From contig PUNE01000022.1 of NCBI GenBank assembly GCA_003551665.1, positions 4,598 to 68,597 on the forward strand: DNA of 64,000 nucleotides. The letters run 5' to 3'. Under the pieces are notes generated by a model, which did not search any database, was not told where the DNA came from, and was given only the letters and a program-made list of their open reading frames with translations. Source of the stretch: Halobacteroidaceae bacterium (lineage in GTDB: Bacteria; Bacillota; Halanaerobiia; B1SED10-174). Position numbers and translations under genes: made by a program. The first letter of the stretch is position 1; each line of letters starts with the position of its first letter. This document shows, piece by piece, positions 54,320 through 63,512 of this stretch.

Positions 54320-56695
54320 TTATTTTCTGACATCAGCATTAAATTCTTTTTGTGCTTTTTTAATAATCCCTTCAACTGTCCTGTCAATTTCTTCATCGGT
54401 AAGGGTTCGTTCTTTACTCCGAAATACCATTCGGTAGGCAAGGCTCTTACAGTTGTCGGGAATCTGTGCCCCCCGGTATAAATCAAAGAGAGTTACTGTT
54501 TCCAGAAAAGGTCCTCCCTCTTTTTTTATCAGGCTCTCAATCTGAACTGAAGGGATTTCTTCTTTTATCGTCAGGGCAAGATCTCTACTGGTTGCAGGAT
54601 AGCGAGGTACTCCCCTATAATCAGGTTCAAGGGTGGCTTCTTCCACAAGGGGCTCCATTTCCATTTCCATTACCGCTACCCGACTGGGGAACCGATAATC
54701 TTCCTGCAAACCTGAATGGAGCTCCCCAATAAATCCTGCTTTTTTTCCATTAAGGAATATTTCCCCCTGACGTCCGGGGTGGAGAAATTCTAACTCACTT
54801 CTTTCCAGGGAAATACCCACTCCCATTTCAAACCCCAGAGTCTCCAGAATTCCCTTTAAAGCAAAGAAATCCGGTGCATCAGCCTGCCAGCTCTCTCCTT
54901 CTGTAGCACCCATTAAAACAACTGCAAGGCGGGATCTCTGTCCAGGTCCATTCCCAGGAAAAACATCTCCCAGCTCATAAAGACCTGCACTTTTTTCCTG
55001 TCGCTTGGTATTAAACTCTAAAGAACGCAAAAGTCCGGGTAAGATTTCCTGCCGGAGGCAGGAATTATCAACACTGATGGGATTGGTAAGGGTAAGAGGA
55101 AGTCCTTCGGTATTATAGAATCCTTCGTCTTTTCTTACCAGGGGTAAATTTATTGTTTGATGCAATCCGGCTCTCTGGAATATTTCTCGGATTTTCTCTT
55201 CTATTTTCTGGGTTGGTTTTCTCCGGCCGATCTCCATATCCATCCGGGGTAAACTCCCTCGGATCTCTCCATAGCCATAAATCCGTGCTACTTCTTCAAT
55301 CAGGTCGGCCTCAATTTTAATGTCATTGCGGAAAGAAGGCACCTGGACCCGAAATGCCCCTTCCATTCTCTTGGAATCCTGAACCTTAAAATGAAGTTTT
55401 TCCAGGATACTCTTCATTTCCATGCGAGAAATATCCGTTCCCAGCACCTCATTTACCCGCTGGGGACGAACTCTCAGCCTGACAGGTTCTTTCAGCTTGG
55501 GATAAATATCTACTATCCCACCAATAACCTCTCCCCCGGCAATTTCGGCCATTAATTGGGCTGCCCGCCGGGAAGCTCGGGTAATATTTTCAATATCAAT
55601 TCCCCTTTCAAAGCGATGCGATGAAGGGCTGTGCAGGATGAATTTCTTGGCAGTTCGGCGGATGTTATAGGGGTTAAAACAGGCAGCCTCCAACAGAATA
55701 TTATTGGTTTTTGAACTAATTTCACTCTCCAGGCCCCCCATTACTCCTGCAAGTCCAAGGGGTTTTTTGGCATCAGCAATTACCAGGTCCTGGTCTGACA
55801 ATTCTCTTTCCCTGTCATCAAGAGTAACCAGTTTTTCACCCCTTTTTGCTGGCCGAACCTTAATTATTTTATCCTGGATTTTGTCGTAATCAAAAGCGTG
55901 CAGGGGCTGGCCCATTTCAAGCATAACATAGTTTGTGATATCTGCAATATTATTTACCGGACGGATCCCCGCTGCCATCAGGCGGATTTTTATCCACCAG
56001 GGAGATTCATCCACATTCACACCTTCAACAATTCGAGCAGTATAACGGGGGCAGAGTTTGGAGTCTGTAACTTCCACTGATATTAAGTCTTCCGCCCGCC
56101 CTGATTCTTTTTCTTCTTTAATGTGGGGGTAATTTATTTCGCGGTCAAATGCCGCAGAAAGCTCCCTTGCCACACCAAGCATATTCAGAGCATAACCATA
56201 ATTGGGAGTAAGATCAAGAACAAAGATATGATCATCAAGATTAAAGTAAGGAGCAAATTTTTCTCCAGGGACCGCATCCTCATCAAGAACAAAGATGCCT
56301 TCAGATCTTTCCTCCTGAAGTTTCAACTCATCAGCAGAACAGATCATCCCCTCTGAAATTTCGCCCCTGATCTTTGTATTTTTCAGCTCCATTCCATCAG
56401 GAAGTGTGGTCCCCGCAGGGGCAAGCACCACCTTTTGCCCTTTTTTTACATTGGGAGCACCACAAACCACCCGAAAACTTTTTTCTCCAGCTTCGACATC
56501 AACCAAAGTTAACTTGTCCGCACGGGGGTGTGGCTTGATTTTCTTTACCTTCCCGATCAAAAGATCCTTGTAAAGATAGCTCCAGTCCTCAATATAATCA
56601 ACCTCCAGTCCCAGAAGGGTTAATTTCTCTGCTATTTCCTCCGGAGACAGGTCAAGGTTAATATATTCTTTTAACCAGTTGTATGAAACTCGCAT
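54320..56695 (-). CDS. pheT: phenylalanine--tRNA ligase beta subunit
   Basis: 791 aa: MRVSYNWLKEYINLDLSPEEIAEKLT..., with tRNA-binding, B3/4, B5 and FDX-ACB regions recognisable. Confidence 0.95.
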   Translation of the reverse strand: MRVSYNWLKEYINLDLSPEEIAEKLTLLGLEVDYIEDWSYLYKDLLIGKVKKIKPHPRADKLTLVDVEAGEKSFRVVCGAPNVKKGQKVVLAPAGTTLPDGMELKNTKIRGEISEGMICSADELKLQEERSEGIFVLDEDAVPGEKFAPYFNLDDHIFVLDLTPNYGYALNMLGVARELSAAFDREINYPHIKEEKESGRAEDLISVEVTDSKLCPRYTARIVEGVNVDESPWWIKIRLMAAGIRPVNNIADITNYVMLEMGQPLHAFDYDKIQDKIIKVRPAKRGEKLVTLDDRERELSDQDLVIADAKKPLGLAGVMGGLESEISSKTNNILLEAACFNPYNIRRTAKKFILHSPSSHRFERGIDIENITRASRRAAQLMAEIAGGEVIGGIVDIYPKLKEPVRLRVRPQRVNEVLGTDISRMEMKSILEKLHFKVQDSKRMEGAFRVQVPSFRNDIKIEADLIEEVARIYGYGEIRGSLPRMDMEIGRRKPTQKIEEKIREIFQRAGLHQTINLPLVRKDEGFYNTEGLPLTLTNPISVDNSCLRQEILPGLLRSLEFNTKRQEKSAGLYELGDVFPGNGPGQRSRLAVVLMGATEGESWQADAPDFFALKGILETLGFEMGVGISLERSELEFLHPGRQGEIFLNGKKAGFIGELHSGLQEDYRFPSRVAVMEMEMEPLVEEATLEPDYRGVPRYPATSRDLALTIKEEIPSVQIESLIKKEGGPFLETVTLFDLYRGAQIPDNCKSLAYRMVFRSKERTLTDEEIDRTVEGIIKKAQKEFNADVRK

Positions 56696-56706
56696 CTAAC
56701 ACCCTC

Positions 56707-57726
56707 CTAGAACTGTTTTAAGAAACGAAGGTCGTTATCCCAGAGATGACGTATATCTTCAATCTGGTATTTATACATGGCCATCCGATCCAGGCCCATT
56801 CCAAAGGCAAACCCAGTATATTTTTCCGCGTCTATGCCCGACATTTCCAGAACTCTGGGGTTTACCATTCCTGCACCCAGAATTTCCAGCCAGCCTGTTC
56901 TGGAGCAGAGAGAGCATCCCTCTCCCTGACACTTAAAACAGGAAACATCAACTTCGGCACTTGGTTCGGTAAAGGGAAAGTAGGAAGGACGGAATCTTAC
57001 ATCTCTTTCTTCCCCAAAAATTTCTCTGGTTACAGCGATAAGGACTCCCTTGAGGTGGCTGAAAGAAATCCCGTGGTCAATTACAAGGCCTTCCAGTTGA
57101 TGAAATACTGGAGAGTGTGTGGCATCAAGCTCATCAACCCTGTAACATTTCCCCACAGTTATTATCCTGATAGGAGGGGCCTGTTTTTCCATGGTTCTGA
57201 TCTGAACAGGTGAGGTATGAGTTCTCAGGAGCAGATCTCCTTCAACATAAAAGGTGTCCTGCATATCTCTTGCGGGGTGATTTTGGGGAATATTCAGTGC
57301 CTCAAAATTATAATAATCAGTTTCTACATCCGGGCCGGTCTCAATAGCAAACCCCATCCGCAAAAACAGGTCTTCAAGTTGGTTAATTATCAACTGCATG
57401 GGGTGAAGACGACCCCGGGAAATTTTCTTCCCTGGAAGAGTAATATCAATCGCTTCTTGGGCCAGCCTTGCTTTTTCCTGCTGTACTTTTAGTTCTTGAA
57501 GACGGGTCTGCAATTCTTTTTCAATTTTGTTCTTAACCTTATTGGCAAATTTTCCAATAACCGGTCTTTTTTCAGGGGGAAGATTACCCATACTCCTCAA
57601 AACTCCAGTTACCTTACCGTTTTTTCCCAGGAACTCAACCTGGAGTTTTTCCAGTTCATCAACCTCATTTGTGTTTCCGATTTTCTCCAGGGCTTCCTGC
57701 TGGAGCTCCTCGAGTTTTTTCTCCAT
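56707..57726 (-). CDS. pheS: phenylalanine--tRNA ligase alpha subunit
   Basis: 339 aa. Class II motifs: HPARDMQDTFY, GKCYRVDELDATHSPVFHQLEG, GFAFGMGLDRMAM. Confidence 0.95.
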   Translation of the reverse strand: MEKKLEELQQEALEKIGNTNEVDELEKLQVEFLGKNGKVTGVLRSMGNLPPEKRPVIGKFANKVKNKIEKELQTRLQELKVQQEKARLAQEAIDITLPGKKISRGRLHPMQLIINQLEDLFLRMGFAIETGPDVETDYYNFEALNIPQNHPARDMQDTFYVEGDLLLRTHTSPVQIRTMEKQAPPIRIITVGKCYRVDELDATHSPVFHQLEGLVIDHGISFSHLKGVLIAVTREIFGEERDVRFRPSYFPFTEPSAEVDVSCFKCQGEGCSLCSRTGWLEILGAGMVNPRVLEMSGIDAEKYTGFAFGMGLDRMAMYKYQIEDIRHLWDNDLRFLKQF

Positions 57727-57734
57727 GAAAAGAC

Positions 57735-57990
57735 CCTCCTTAAAAACAGAATACCCCTCGCCAGTAAGGGACGAGGGGCCGCGGTACCACCCTAATTAAC
57801 CATAACAATGGTTCACTTAAACCCTTTAACGGGGGAATCCGGATAGCCTACTTTAACCTTCAGCCATCACCTCCAGAGCGAAATTTCACCGGGATATTTC
57901 AGGAGAATTTTCAGCCCAAGACTCTCCCTCTCTTTAGAAACACTGCCCCGACTATGGACTCTTTCCTCGGCACAATTTACAATATTTACA
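57735..57990 (-). promoter_or_regulatory. T-box riboswitch leader (tRNA-Phe) of pheST
   Basis: Minus strand: AGAGAG bulge and distal loop GGGCTGAAAA; specifier region GGTGAAATTTCGC (UUC at 57880-57882); T-box AATTAGGGTGGTACCGCGG (57779-57797); terminator GCCCCTCG...CGAGGGG plus TATTCTGTTTTT (57742-57779). Confidence 0.8.
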
Positions 57991-58160
57991 TGGCGGTGGA
58001 ACGTTCGGAAAAGGTCAGCAGCCTCCGGTATGCAAGATAAGCACCTACCGAACCAGTCCGCTCAAAAACTCTCCATAAAAAGAGCGGGCATATCTTCAAA
58101 AGACCACTCCCTTTCCCCTTTTATTTACTGATTATACCACAGTTTTCAGGGGTTGGCAAG

Positions 58161-58934
58161 TCAGGAGGACCTCTGGAATTGCATAGCAAAAAGTAATACT
58201 GCTCCCGCGGCTGCAACGTTCAGAGACTCGATACCCTTTTCCAGGGGAATGGTCACAGTCTTCAGAGAAATATTCGCCAATTCTGGACTGATACCCCTTG
58301 TTTCATGACCGAGTATCAGTGCACTTTTTTCGGGAAATCGGATTTCCCGAAAATCCTCACCCTCTCCTGGCCTTGCCTGAAATAAGGAAAAATGATTTCC
58401 AAGTTCATCTAAAAAACTATTCTTTTCTTCCTTGGGAATTTCGGCCACCGGAATTTTAAAGATCGACCCTGCTGTAGCCCTTAGCACTTTTGGTTGATAC
58501 GGATCTGCTCCCTCACCCAATAAAATTACTCCTCCAGAACCTGCACCTGCAGCTGTCCGGATCAGGGTTCCAACATTTCCGGGATCCTGAAGCCCCTCCA
58601 GGATTAAAAGTCTGTTCTCTTTTAAAATTTCCCTCCAGGAAATATCAGGCCTTTTTATTCTGGCAACAATGCCCTGAGGAGTCCGAGATGGGGCGATTTT
58701 ATCCATAACCTCATTACTTACCAAAACTACATTTGCCCCCGCAGCAAAGTTATTTTTTTGATAATATTCTTCGGTTACAAAGATTTCCAGAAGGTCAACT
58801 CCCGAAACAAGAGCTTCCCGGACAAGATTGGGGCCTTCCAGGATAATTTCCCCGGTTTCCTTTCGCTTTTTCCGGGTATGGAGGCCCGCCAGATATTTTA
58901 CCTTTGTATTCTGGCGGCTGGTGATTTTTTCCAT
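58161..58934 (-). CDS. TrmH/SpoU-family RNA 2'-O-methyltransferase
   Basis: 257 aa. SpoU motifs LEGLQDPGNVGTLIRTAAGAG, LILGHETRGIS and IPLEKGIESLNVAAAGAVLLF. Sits upstream of pheS, like B. subtilis ysgA. Confidence 0.85.
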   Translation of the reverse strand: MEKITSRQNTKVKYLAGLHTRKKRKETGEIILEGPNLVREALVSGVDLLEIFVTEEYYQKNNFAAGANVVLVSNEVMDKIAPSRTPQGIVARIKRPDISWREILKENRLLILEGLQDPGNVGTLIRTAAGAGSGGVILLGEGADPYQPKVLRATAGSIFKIPVAEIPKEEKNSFLDELGNHFSLFQARPGEGEDFREIRFPEKSALILGHETRGISPELANISLKTVTIPLEKGIESLNVAAAGAVLLFAMQFQRSS

Positions 58935-58936
58935 TT

Positions 58937-59596
58937 TTATTTTCCATCCATCCTTTCCAGATCATCGTTGTGCCCTATAACTACTAGAATATCTCCCTCG
59001 ATTATCTCATCCTCTGCAATGGGAGAAAGGTTAATATCGCTGTTTTTTAAAATTGCAACAACATTTACCCCAAAACGAGAACGGAAATTCAATTCAGCAA
59101 GGGTTTTCCCAATCCAGCTTTTTTGGGCTTTAATTTCCATTATGCTGTAATTTGGAGCAAGCCCCAGATAATCTTGGACATTTGCAGTTAAAAGGCTGTT
59201 GGCAAGCCGGTTTCCCATATCCCATTCGGGAAAAACCACCCTGTCCGCCCCAACTTTCTTTAATATTTTCCCATGAATTTTGCTTTTTGCTTTAGAAATT
59301 ACACAGGGTAATCCCATTTCCTTTAACATCAGAGTAACAAGGGTATTGGCGTACACGTTATCCCCAATGGCAACAATGGCTACATCAAAATTCCTTGCTC
59401 CTAACGATTCCAGAGCATTTTCATCTGTAGCATTGGCCTGGACGGCATGGGTAACAACAGGTGATAATTCTCTCACCAGATCCTCATCTAAATCAATAGC
59501 AAGAACTTCGTGCCCCCTTTCAACCAGTGAGCGGGCTACACTTTCTCCAAACCGCCCTAACCCTATTACCAGAAAGTCTTTTTTGTTTCGGGCCAT
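58937..59596 (-). CDS. trkA: K+ uptake regulatory subunit TrkA/KtrA
   Basis: ATG 59596 behind GGAAGGAG gives MARNKKDFLVIGLGRFGESVARSL (Rossmann GxGxxG), plus a C-terminal TrkA-C domain. Confidence 0.85.
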   Translation of the reverse strand: MARNKKDFLVIGLGRFGESVARSLVERGHEVLAIDLDEDLVRELSPVVTHAVQANATDENALESLGARNFDVAIVAIGDNVYANTLVTLMLKEMGLPCVISKAKSKIHGKILKKVGADRVVFPEWDMGNRLANSLLTANVQDYLGLAPNYSIMEIKAQKSWIGKTLAELNFRSRFGVNVVAILKNSDINLSPIAEDEIIEGDILVVIGHNDDLERMDGK

Positions 59597-59620
59597 AAAA
59601 ATTTCTCCTTCCAACTATAA

Positions 59621-60973
59621 TTAACCTACCATTACATAACCTTCAGGGAACCTCCGTGGCGGGATAATTCTCTTCATGCTTAAAGCAATAGCAAAGCTCA
59701 TTACCCCAACCCGACCAATTAACATAGACATAATCAAAAGGACCTTGCTTGGCGTTTCCAGATTTTCGGTTATTCCCGTACTCAGCCCAACAGTTCCAAA
59801 AGCAGAGGTTGCTTCAAATAAAAGGTTCAAAAGAGGTTCTTCTTCAAAAAAACTCAAACCAAAAGTAATCATAAAAACCCAGGAAAAGGCAAGGATTGTT
59901 AGAATAAAGGCTTTTATGGCTAACCAGCTAGTTATTCGCCATTGCCAGACCTCAATATCCCTTTTCCCTGAAACAAAAGAAATTAAAGAAAAAATAAGGA
60001 TGGTTAAGGTAGTGGTTTTAATTCCCCCTCCTGTGGATCCAGGAGAAGCACCAATAAACATCAGGACAATAACAAAAAGAAGGGTAGTTGGTCTCCACAG
60101 GCTTGTATCTACCGTATTAAAACCAGCCGTTCTGGAGGTAACCGATAAAAAACCACCAGCCAATAAGCGGTCTATTCCTGAAAGTTCCCCCAAAGTTTCC
60201 GGATTATTCCATTCCAGGGCGGTTATGGTTAAAAAACCAACAGTTAAAAGAATGAAGGTCATTAAGAAAACCATACGAGCGGTAAGAGAAAACCTTTTTC
60301 CATTCACCCGATAAAAAATCTCTACAATAACCCCAAATCCCAGACCCCCAAACACAATTAAGCTCATTATCACAAGATTAATTAGAACATCTCCGGTGAA
60401 ATTTTCCAGACTGTTACCAAAAAGATCAAAACCAGCATTATTAAATGCTGAAACCGCATGGAACACGGAATGATAAAAAGCATTCCAGCCATCATATAAA
60501 TTGCGAAGTCTTAGCCATAATAAAAAGGTCCCAAAACCCTGAAAAACCAGGGTAAAGGACAAAACATAACGCATCAGCCTGACCAGACCCGAAATATTGT
60601 ACTGATTTAGGTCTTCCTGGATTAATAATCTCCCCCGGAGGGAAATTTTTCTCCCCAAAATTAAAGCAAAAAGGGTAGAAAAGGCCATTACCCCGAGTCC
60701 CCCGAGCTGAAACTGAAGCAAAACGACAATCTGGCCGAAAAGGCTTAAATCTTCTTTCGTGCTAACTACAGTCAGCCCCGTAACACAGGTAGCCGAAGTA
60801 GATGTAAATAGAGCATCAATTGTTTTCAAGCTTCCGGGGGTGGTTGTAGCAATGGGCAGGCTAAGGAGAATAAAACCAGTAATAATTACAGCCATATAAC
60901 ATATTACCAGGATTTGAACTGGAGTTAATCGGTGCATCCATTTGTTTTTACCATTATTTAGACTGAACTTCAT
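59621..60973 (-). CDS. trkH: K+ transporter TrkH/KtrB
   Basis: 450 aa, polytopic, with repeated selectivity-filter-like segments (TATCVTGLTV, FNNAGFDLFG, SRTAGFNTV, TVGLSTG). Confidence 0.9.
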   Translation of the reverse strand: MKFSLNNGKNKWMHRLTPVQILVICYMAVIITGFILLSLPIATTTPGSLKTIDALFTSTSATCVTGLTVVSTKEDLSLFGQIVVLLQFQLGGLGVMAFSTLFALILGRKISLRGRLLIQEDLNQYNISGLVRLMRYVLSFTLVFQGFGTFLLWLRLRNLYDGWNAFYHSVFHAVSAFNNAGFDLFGNSLENFTGDVLINLVIMSLIVFGGLGFGVIVEIFYRVNGKRFSLTARMVFLMTFILLTVGFLTITALEWNNPETLGELSGIDRLLAGGFLSVTSRTAGFNTVDTSLWRPTTLLFVIVLMFIGASPGSTGGGIKTTTLTILIFSLISFVSGKRDIEVWQWRITSWLAIKAFILTILAFSWVFMITFGLSFFEEEPLLNLLFEATSAFGTVGLSTGITENLETPSKVLLIMSMLIGRVGVMSFAIALSMKRIIPPRRFPEGYVMVG

Positions 60974-60989
60974 TCAATCACCGCCTAGA

Positions 60990-61019
60990 CAAAAACCCCC
61001 TTCCGTGAAGGAAGCGGGG
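60990..61019 (-). terminator. intrinsic terminator after rplT
   Basis: Minus strand: CCCCGCTTCCttcacGGAAGGGGG followed by TTTTTG. Confidence 0.75.
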
Positions 61020-61025
61020 TAATTG

Positions 61026-61379
61026 CTACTGACCATTTTTTGCAATAGAAACCAACTGGCGAAAACCTTCCTGGTCGTTTACTGCCATATCAGCAAGAAC
61101 CTTCCGGTTAATCTGCACATCAGCTTTTTTCAAACCACTAATAAATTTGTTGTAACTCATGCCGTTCTGGCGGGCAGCTGCATTTATCCGGCTAATCCAC
61201 AGGCGGCGAAAATCTCTTTTCTTTCTTTTCCTGTCCCGGTAAGCATAGCTCATTGATTTAATGACCTGCTCCTGAGCAGGACGATATAATTTACTTTTTG
61301 AGCCAAAATAACCTTTGGCCAGTTTTAACACTTTTTTGCGGCGGTGGCGGGCTTTGGGCCCTCTCTTTACACGCGGCAT
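61026..61379 (-). CDS. rplT: 50S ribosomal protein L20
   Basis: 117 aa: [33 protein letters not shown]... Confidence 0.95.
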   Translation of the reverse strand: MPRVKRGPKARHRRKKVLKLAKGYFGSKSKLYRPAQEQVIKSMSYAYRDRKRKKRDFRRLWISRINAAARQNGMSYNKFISGLKKADVQINRKVLADMAVNDQEGFRQLVSIAKNGQ

Positions 61380-61402
61380 TTTAAACCCTCCTTAATCCTA
61401 AT

Positions 61403-61594
61403 TTACGGAAGTAATTTTTCCAATTTCTTTTGATCTGCAGCGGAAACTTCTTTGGGCTGCCGCAACTGGCGCTTCCTCTTGCCGCTTTTTGCAGTCAATT
61501 TATGTCTGCCAAAGGATTTCTCATGCATGAACTTTCCACTTGCAGTTTTTTTGACCCTTTTGGCAGTTCCTTTATGAGTCTTCATTTTTCCCAC
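61403..61594 (-). CDS. rpmI: 50S ribosomal protein L35
   Basis: 63 aa: MGKMKTHKGTAKRVKKTASGK... Confidence 0.95.
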   Translation of the reverse strand: MGKMKTHKGTAKRVKKTASGKFMHEKSFGRHKLTAKSGKRKRQLRQPKEVSAADQKKLEKLLP

Positions 61595-61606
61595 TTTGAT
61601 TACCCC

Positions 61607-62125
61607 CTACTTGTTTTCACTAAACGGGCTGAATATGGCAATCATATTTCGCCCTTCCATTTTTGGCTTGTTTTCAAGTTTACCCATATCCTTTACGCCT
61701 TCTTGAAACTTATTCAATATTTCATGCCCCTGATCCTTATGGGTTATTTCTCGTCCCCTAAACTTAATGCGCAATTTTACCTTGTCCCTATTTCCGAGAA
61801 ATTTTCTGGCCATGCGCAGTTTAGTGTTAAAGTCATGTTCTTCAATCTTTAGACCCACCTGGACTTCCTTTACATTAACTACGTTCTGATTTTTCTTGGC
61901 TTCTTTTGCCTTTTTGGCCTGTTCATACTTATATTTTCCATAATCCATTACCCGGCAGACAGGAGGTTTGGCCTGGGGCGCAACTTCAACCAGATCCAAG
62001 CCCTTATCAGCGGCCAAATTCAAACCGTCCCGAAATGACATTATCCCCACCTGTTCTCCATCAGCATCAATAACCCTTATCTGGCGGGCCCTGATTGACT
62101 CATTAACCCTGAGATCCTTGCTAAT
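61607..62125 (-). CDS. infC: translation initiation factor IF-3 (ATT start)
   Basis: The track ORF (from 62050) lacks the conserved N-terminus. In-frame ATT at 62125, 6 nt behind AGGGGGTGA, gives (M)SKDLRVNESIRARQIRVIDADGEQVGIMS..., 172 aa. An AUU start is the well-known infC autoregulatory feature. Confidence 0.95.
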   Translation of the reverse strand: MSKDLRVNESIRARQIRVIDADGEQVGIMSFRDGLNLAADKGLDLVEVAPQAKPPVCRVMDYGKYKYEQAKKAKEAKKNQNVVNVKEVQVGLKIEEHDFNTKLRMARKFLGNRDKVKLRIKFRGREITHKDQGHEILNKFQEGVKDMGKLENKPKMEGRNMIAIFSPFSENK

Positions 62126-62246
62126 CTTGTTTCACCCCCTAATAAATTAAAAAAAGATGGCACGCAGAGCCATCCGCAATACATTTTTAAACCAGGTGAG
62201 CTTTTAGCTACCAGGTGAGAAGCGGATGCTTCTGCTTTGTTGTTCC
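62126..62246 (-). promoter_or_regulatory. infC-rpmI-rplT leader with attenuator (L20-leader-like)
   Basis: ~120-nt leader containing hairpin AGAAGCatccGCTTCT, a duplicated TCACCTGGT, and terminator GATGGCtctgcgtGCCATC plus TTTTTT (plus coordinates 62150-62174) immediately before the infC SD. Confidence 0.5.
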
Positions 62247-62252
62247 TTTGTT

Positions 62253-62281
62253 AGTATAACACAACCCCAATATGCGGTCAA
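62253..62281 (-). promoter_or_regulatory. sigma-A type promoter TTGACC-N17-TATACT for the infC operon
   Basis: Plus-strand ggtcaa at 62276-62281 and agtata at 62253-62258. Confidence 0.55.
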
Positions 62282-62541
62282 TTATTACTCAAAAAAATTA
62301 AAATCTGCTCCAGGTCCAAAAAAAGCTCCAACTATTGTTTAACTGAGAGAAAAGCCCTCAACCTTTTTACAGGTTGTTTCCCCAACTATACTGGAAAGAA
62401 AATCATGATTCTTTTTCCAAAATTCCAGGAATTTGAGAGGAAAAGTGTTTGAAATTAGGGAAAACTGGCACTCTCCCCAGTCAAAAAGAAGAATAAAACC
62501 CGTCCTTGACTGCCCGGAGTAGATAGAATTTCATTATACCT

Positions 62542-63174
62542 TTATCCTTGTTCAATCAAAACAGCCCTGCAGGGTGAACCGTCGCCCTCAGAGATTTTTA
62601 AAGGAAAGGCAGCCAGAACAAAGTCCCCCGGGGTTACCTCCTCCAACTGGAGCCCTTCTAGAATAGCAACTCCTGAAGCAAGTAACGTATTATGGACAGG
62701 GTATTTTTCTCCCTGGCCCCGCTCTACTGTAATGAAATCCAGGCCCACAAGCCGGATCCCCTTTTCAACGAACAACAGGGCAGCGTCTTCTGAAAAAGCA
62801 GGATGGTTTTCTCGAAATTCCCCTTTTTTAATTAATTCCCAACCCCGGGTTTTACAAATTATTCTGGTTACCTCTTCATCTAAATGGGGTTCTAAATCAG
62901 CGGCTGTAATTATTTCCTTATCAACAAAATCCGCTACCCGGACGGGCCCATAATAAATATCCAGGGGCATTTCATCAATATTTTTGCCACCGGGGATAAA
63001 GTGGGCCGGGGCATCAAGGTGGGTTCCGCTATGAGAGCTCATTTCAATTCGACTCAGGTTACAGATCTCACCTGAATCCAGAGACATAATCCTTGAAGTT
63101 GAAAAAGGAGTATCCCCGGGATAGGTGATGCTATCAGGGGAAAGAACCATTGAGATATCGATCAATTTCATCAT
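62542..63174 (-). CDS. cyclase-family protein (kynurenine formamidase-like)
   Basis: ATG 63174 gives 210 aa: MMKLIDISMVL...SSHSGTHLDAPAHF (HxGTHxDxPxH motif)...GLDFITVE. The track ORF extension to 63315 runs through the tRNA gene. Confidence 0.8.
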   Translation of the reverse strand: MMKLIDISMVLSPDSITYPGDTPFSTSRIMSLDSGEICNLSRIEMSSHSGTHLDAPAHFIPGGKNIDEMPLDIYYGPVRVADFVDKEIITAADLEPHLDEEVTRIICKTRGWELIKKGEFRENHPAFSEDAALLFVEKGIRLVGLDFITVERGQGEKYPVHNTLLASGVAILEGLQLEEVTPGDFVLAAFPLKISEGDGSPCRAVLIEQG

Positions 63175-63234
63175 TTTTTCTCCTTTGTCTTGTGGTTTGA
63201 TATAAAAAAATAACTCCCCAAAGGGAGAAAAAAA

Positions 63235-63311
63235 TGGTGCACCCTCCCTGACTTGAACAGGGGACCTCCTGCATGTCAAGCAGGCACTCTGACCAACTGA
63301 GCTAAGGGTGC
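63235..63311 (-). tRNA. tRNA-Val (anticodon GAC), CCA encoded
   Basis: Hand-folded. Acceptor GCACCCT/AGGGTGC; D arm GCTC-AGTTGGTCA-GAGT; anticodon stem CCTGC/GCAGG with loop TTGACAT; T arm CCCTG-TTCAAGT-CAGGG; then ACCA. Followed by the small hairpin CTCCCtttgGGGAG plus a T-run. Confidence 0.9.
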
Positions 63312-63335
63312 ACACTCTCTAAACTTGGCATTATT

Positions 63336-63364
63336 ATTATAATATATTTAGCGAGGGTTGTAAA
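63336..63364 (-). promoter_or_regulatory. sigma-A type promoter TTTACA-N17-TATAAT for tRNA-Val
   Basis: Plus-strand tgtaaa at 63359-63364 and attata at 63336-63341. The tRNA 5' end lies ~25 nt downstream. Confidence 0.55.
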
Positions 63365-63512
63365 CCCGAAATTTGGCAGGAAATTTTTTCCCACCAGAAT
63401 TCTTTTATCCTGACCGATTTTTCCCCTCACACGAAATGCTCGGAAGGTTTTTCTTGACCTTTCCTTTCCAGCCCGGTTATAATCAGGTTATAAAAGGAAA
63501 AAGGAGGAAACC

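Noticed and set aside
58010-58122. 37-codon TTG ORF upstream of the pheS T-box as a Phe-rich attenuation leader peptide
   Set aside because: It has only a few scattered Phe codons and no tandem run. T-box control already explains Phe sensing, so this is kept only as part of the unexplained-leader finding.
62282-62541. 260-nt non-coding stretch between the cyclase gene and the infC promoter (searched for thrS, a T-box or small ORFs)
   Set aside because: Only tiny ORFs without an SD were found, plus one short hairpin (CAACCTgtaaaaAGGTTG) that may terminate the cyclase gene. There is no recognisable riboswitch motif.
63175-63315. N-terminal extension of the 257-aa track ORF (62542-63315)
   Set aside because: The extension reads straight through the tRNA-Val gene (63235-63311) and its terminator. 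The cyclase homology and a proper SD begin at ATG 63174.
63175-63400. tRNA-Val as an integration hotspot for a mobile element
   Set aside because: No integrase, no duplicated tRNA 3' end and no compositional break on either side. The neighbours are ordinary chromosomal genes.
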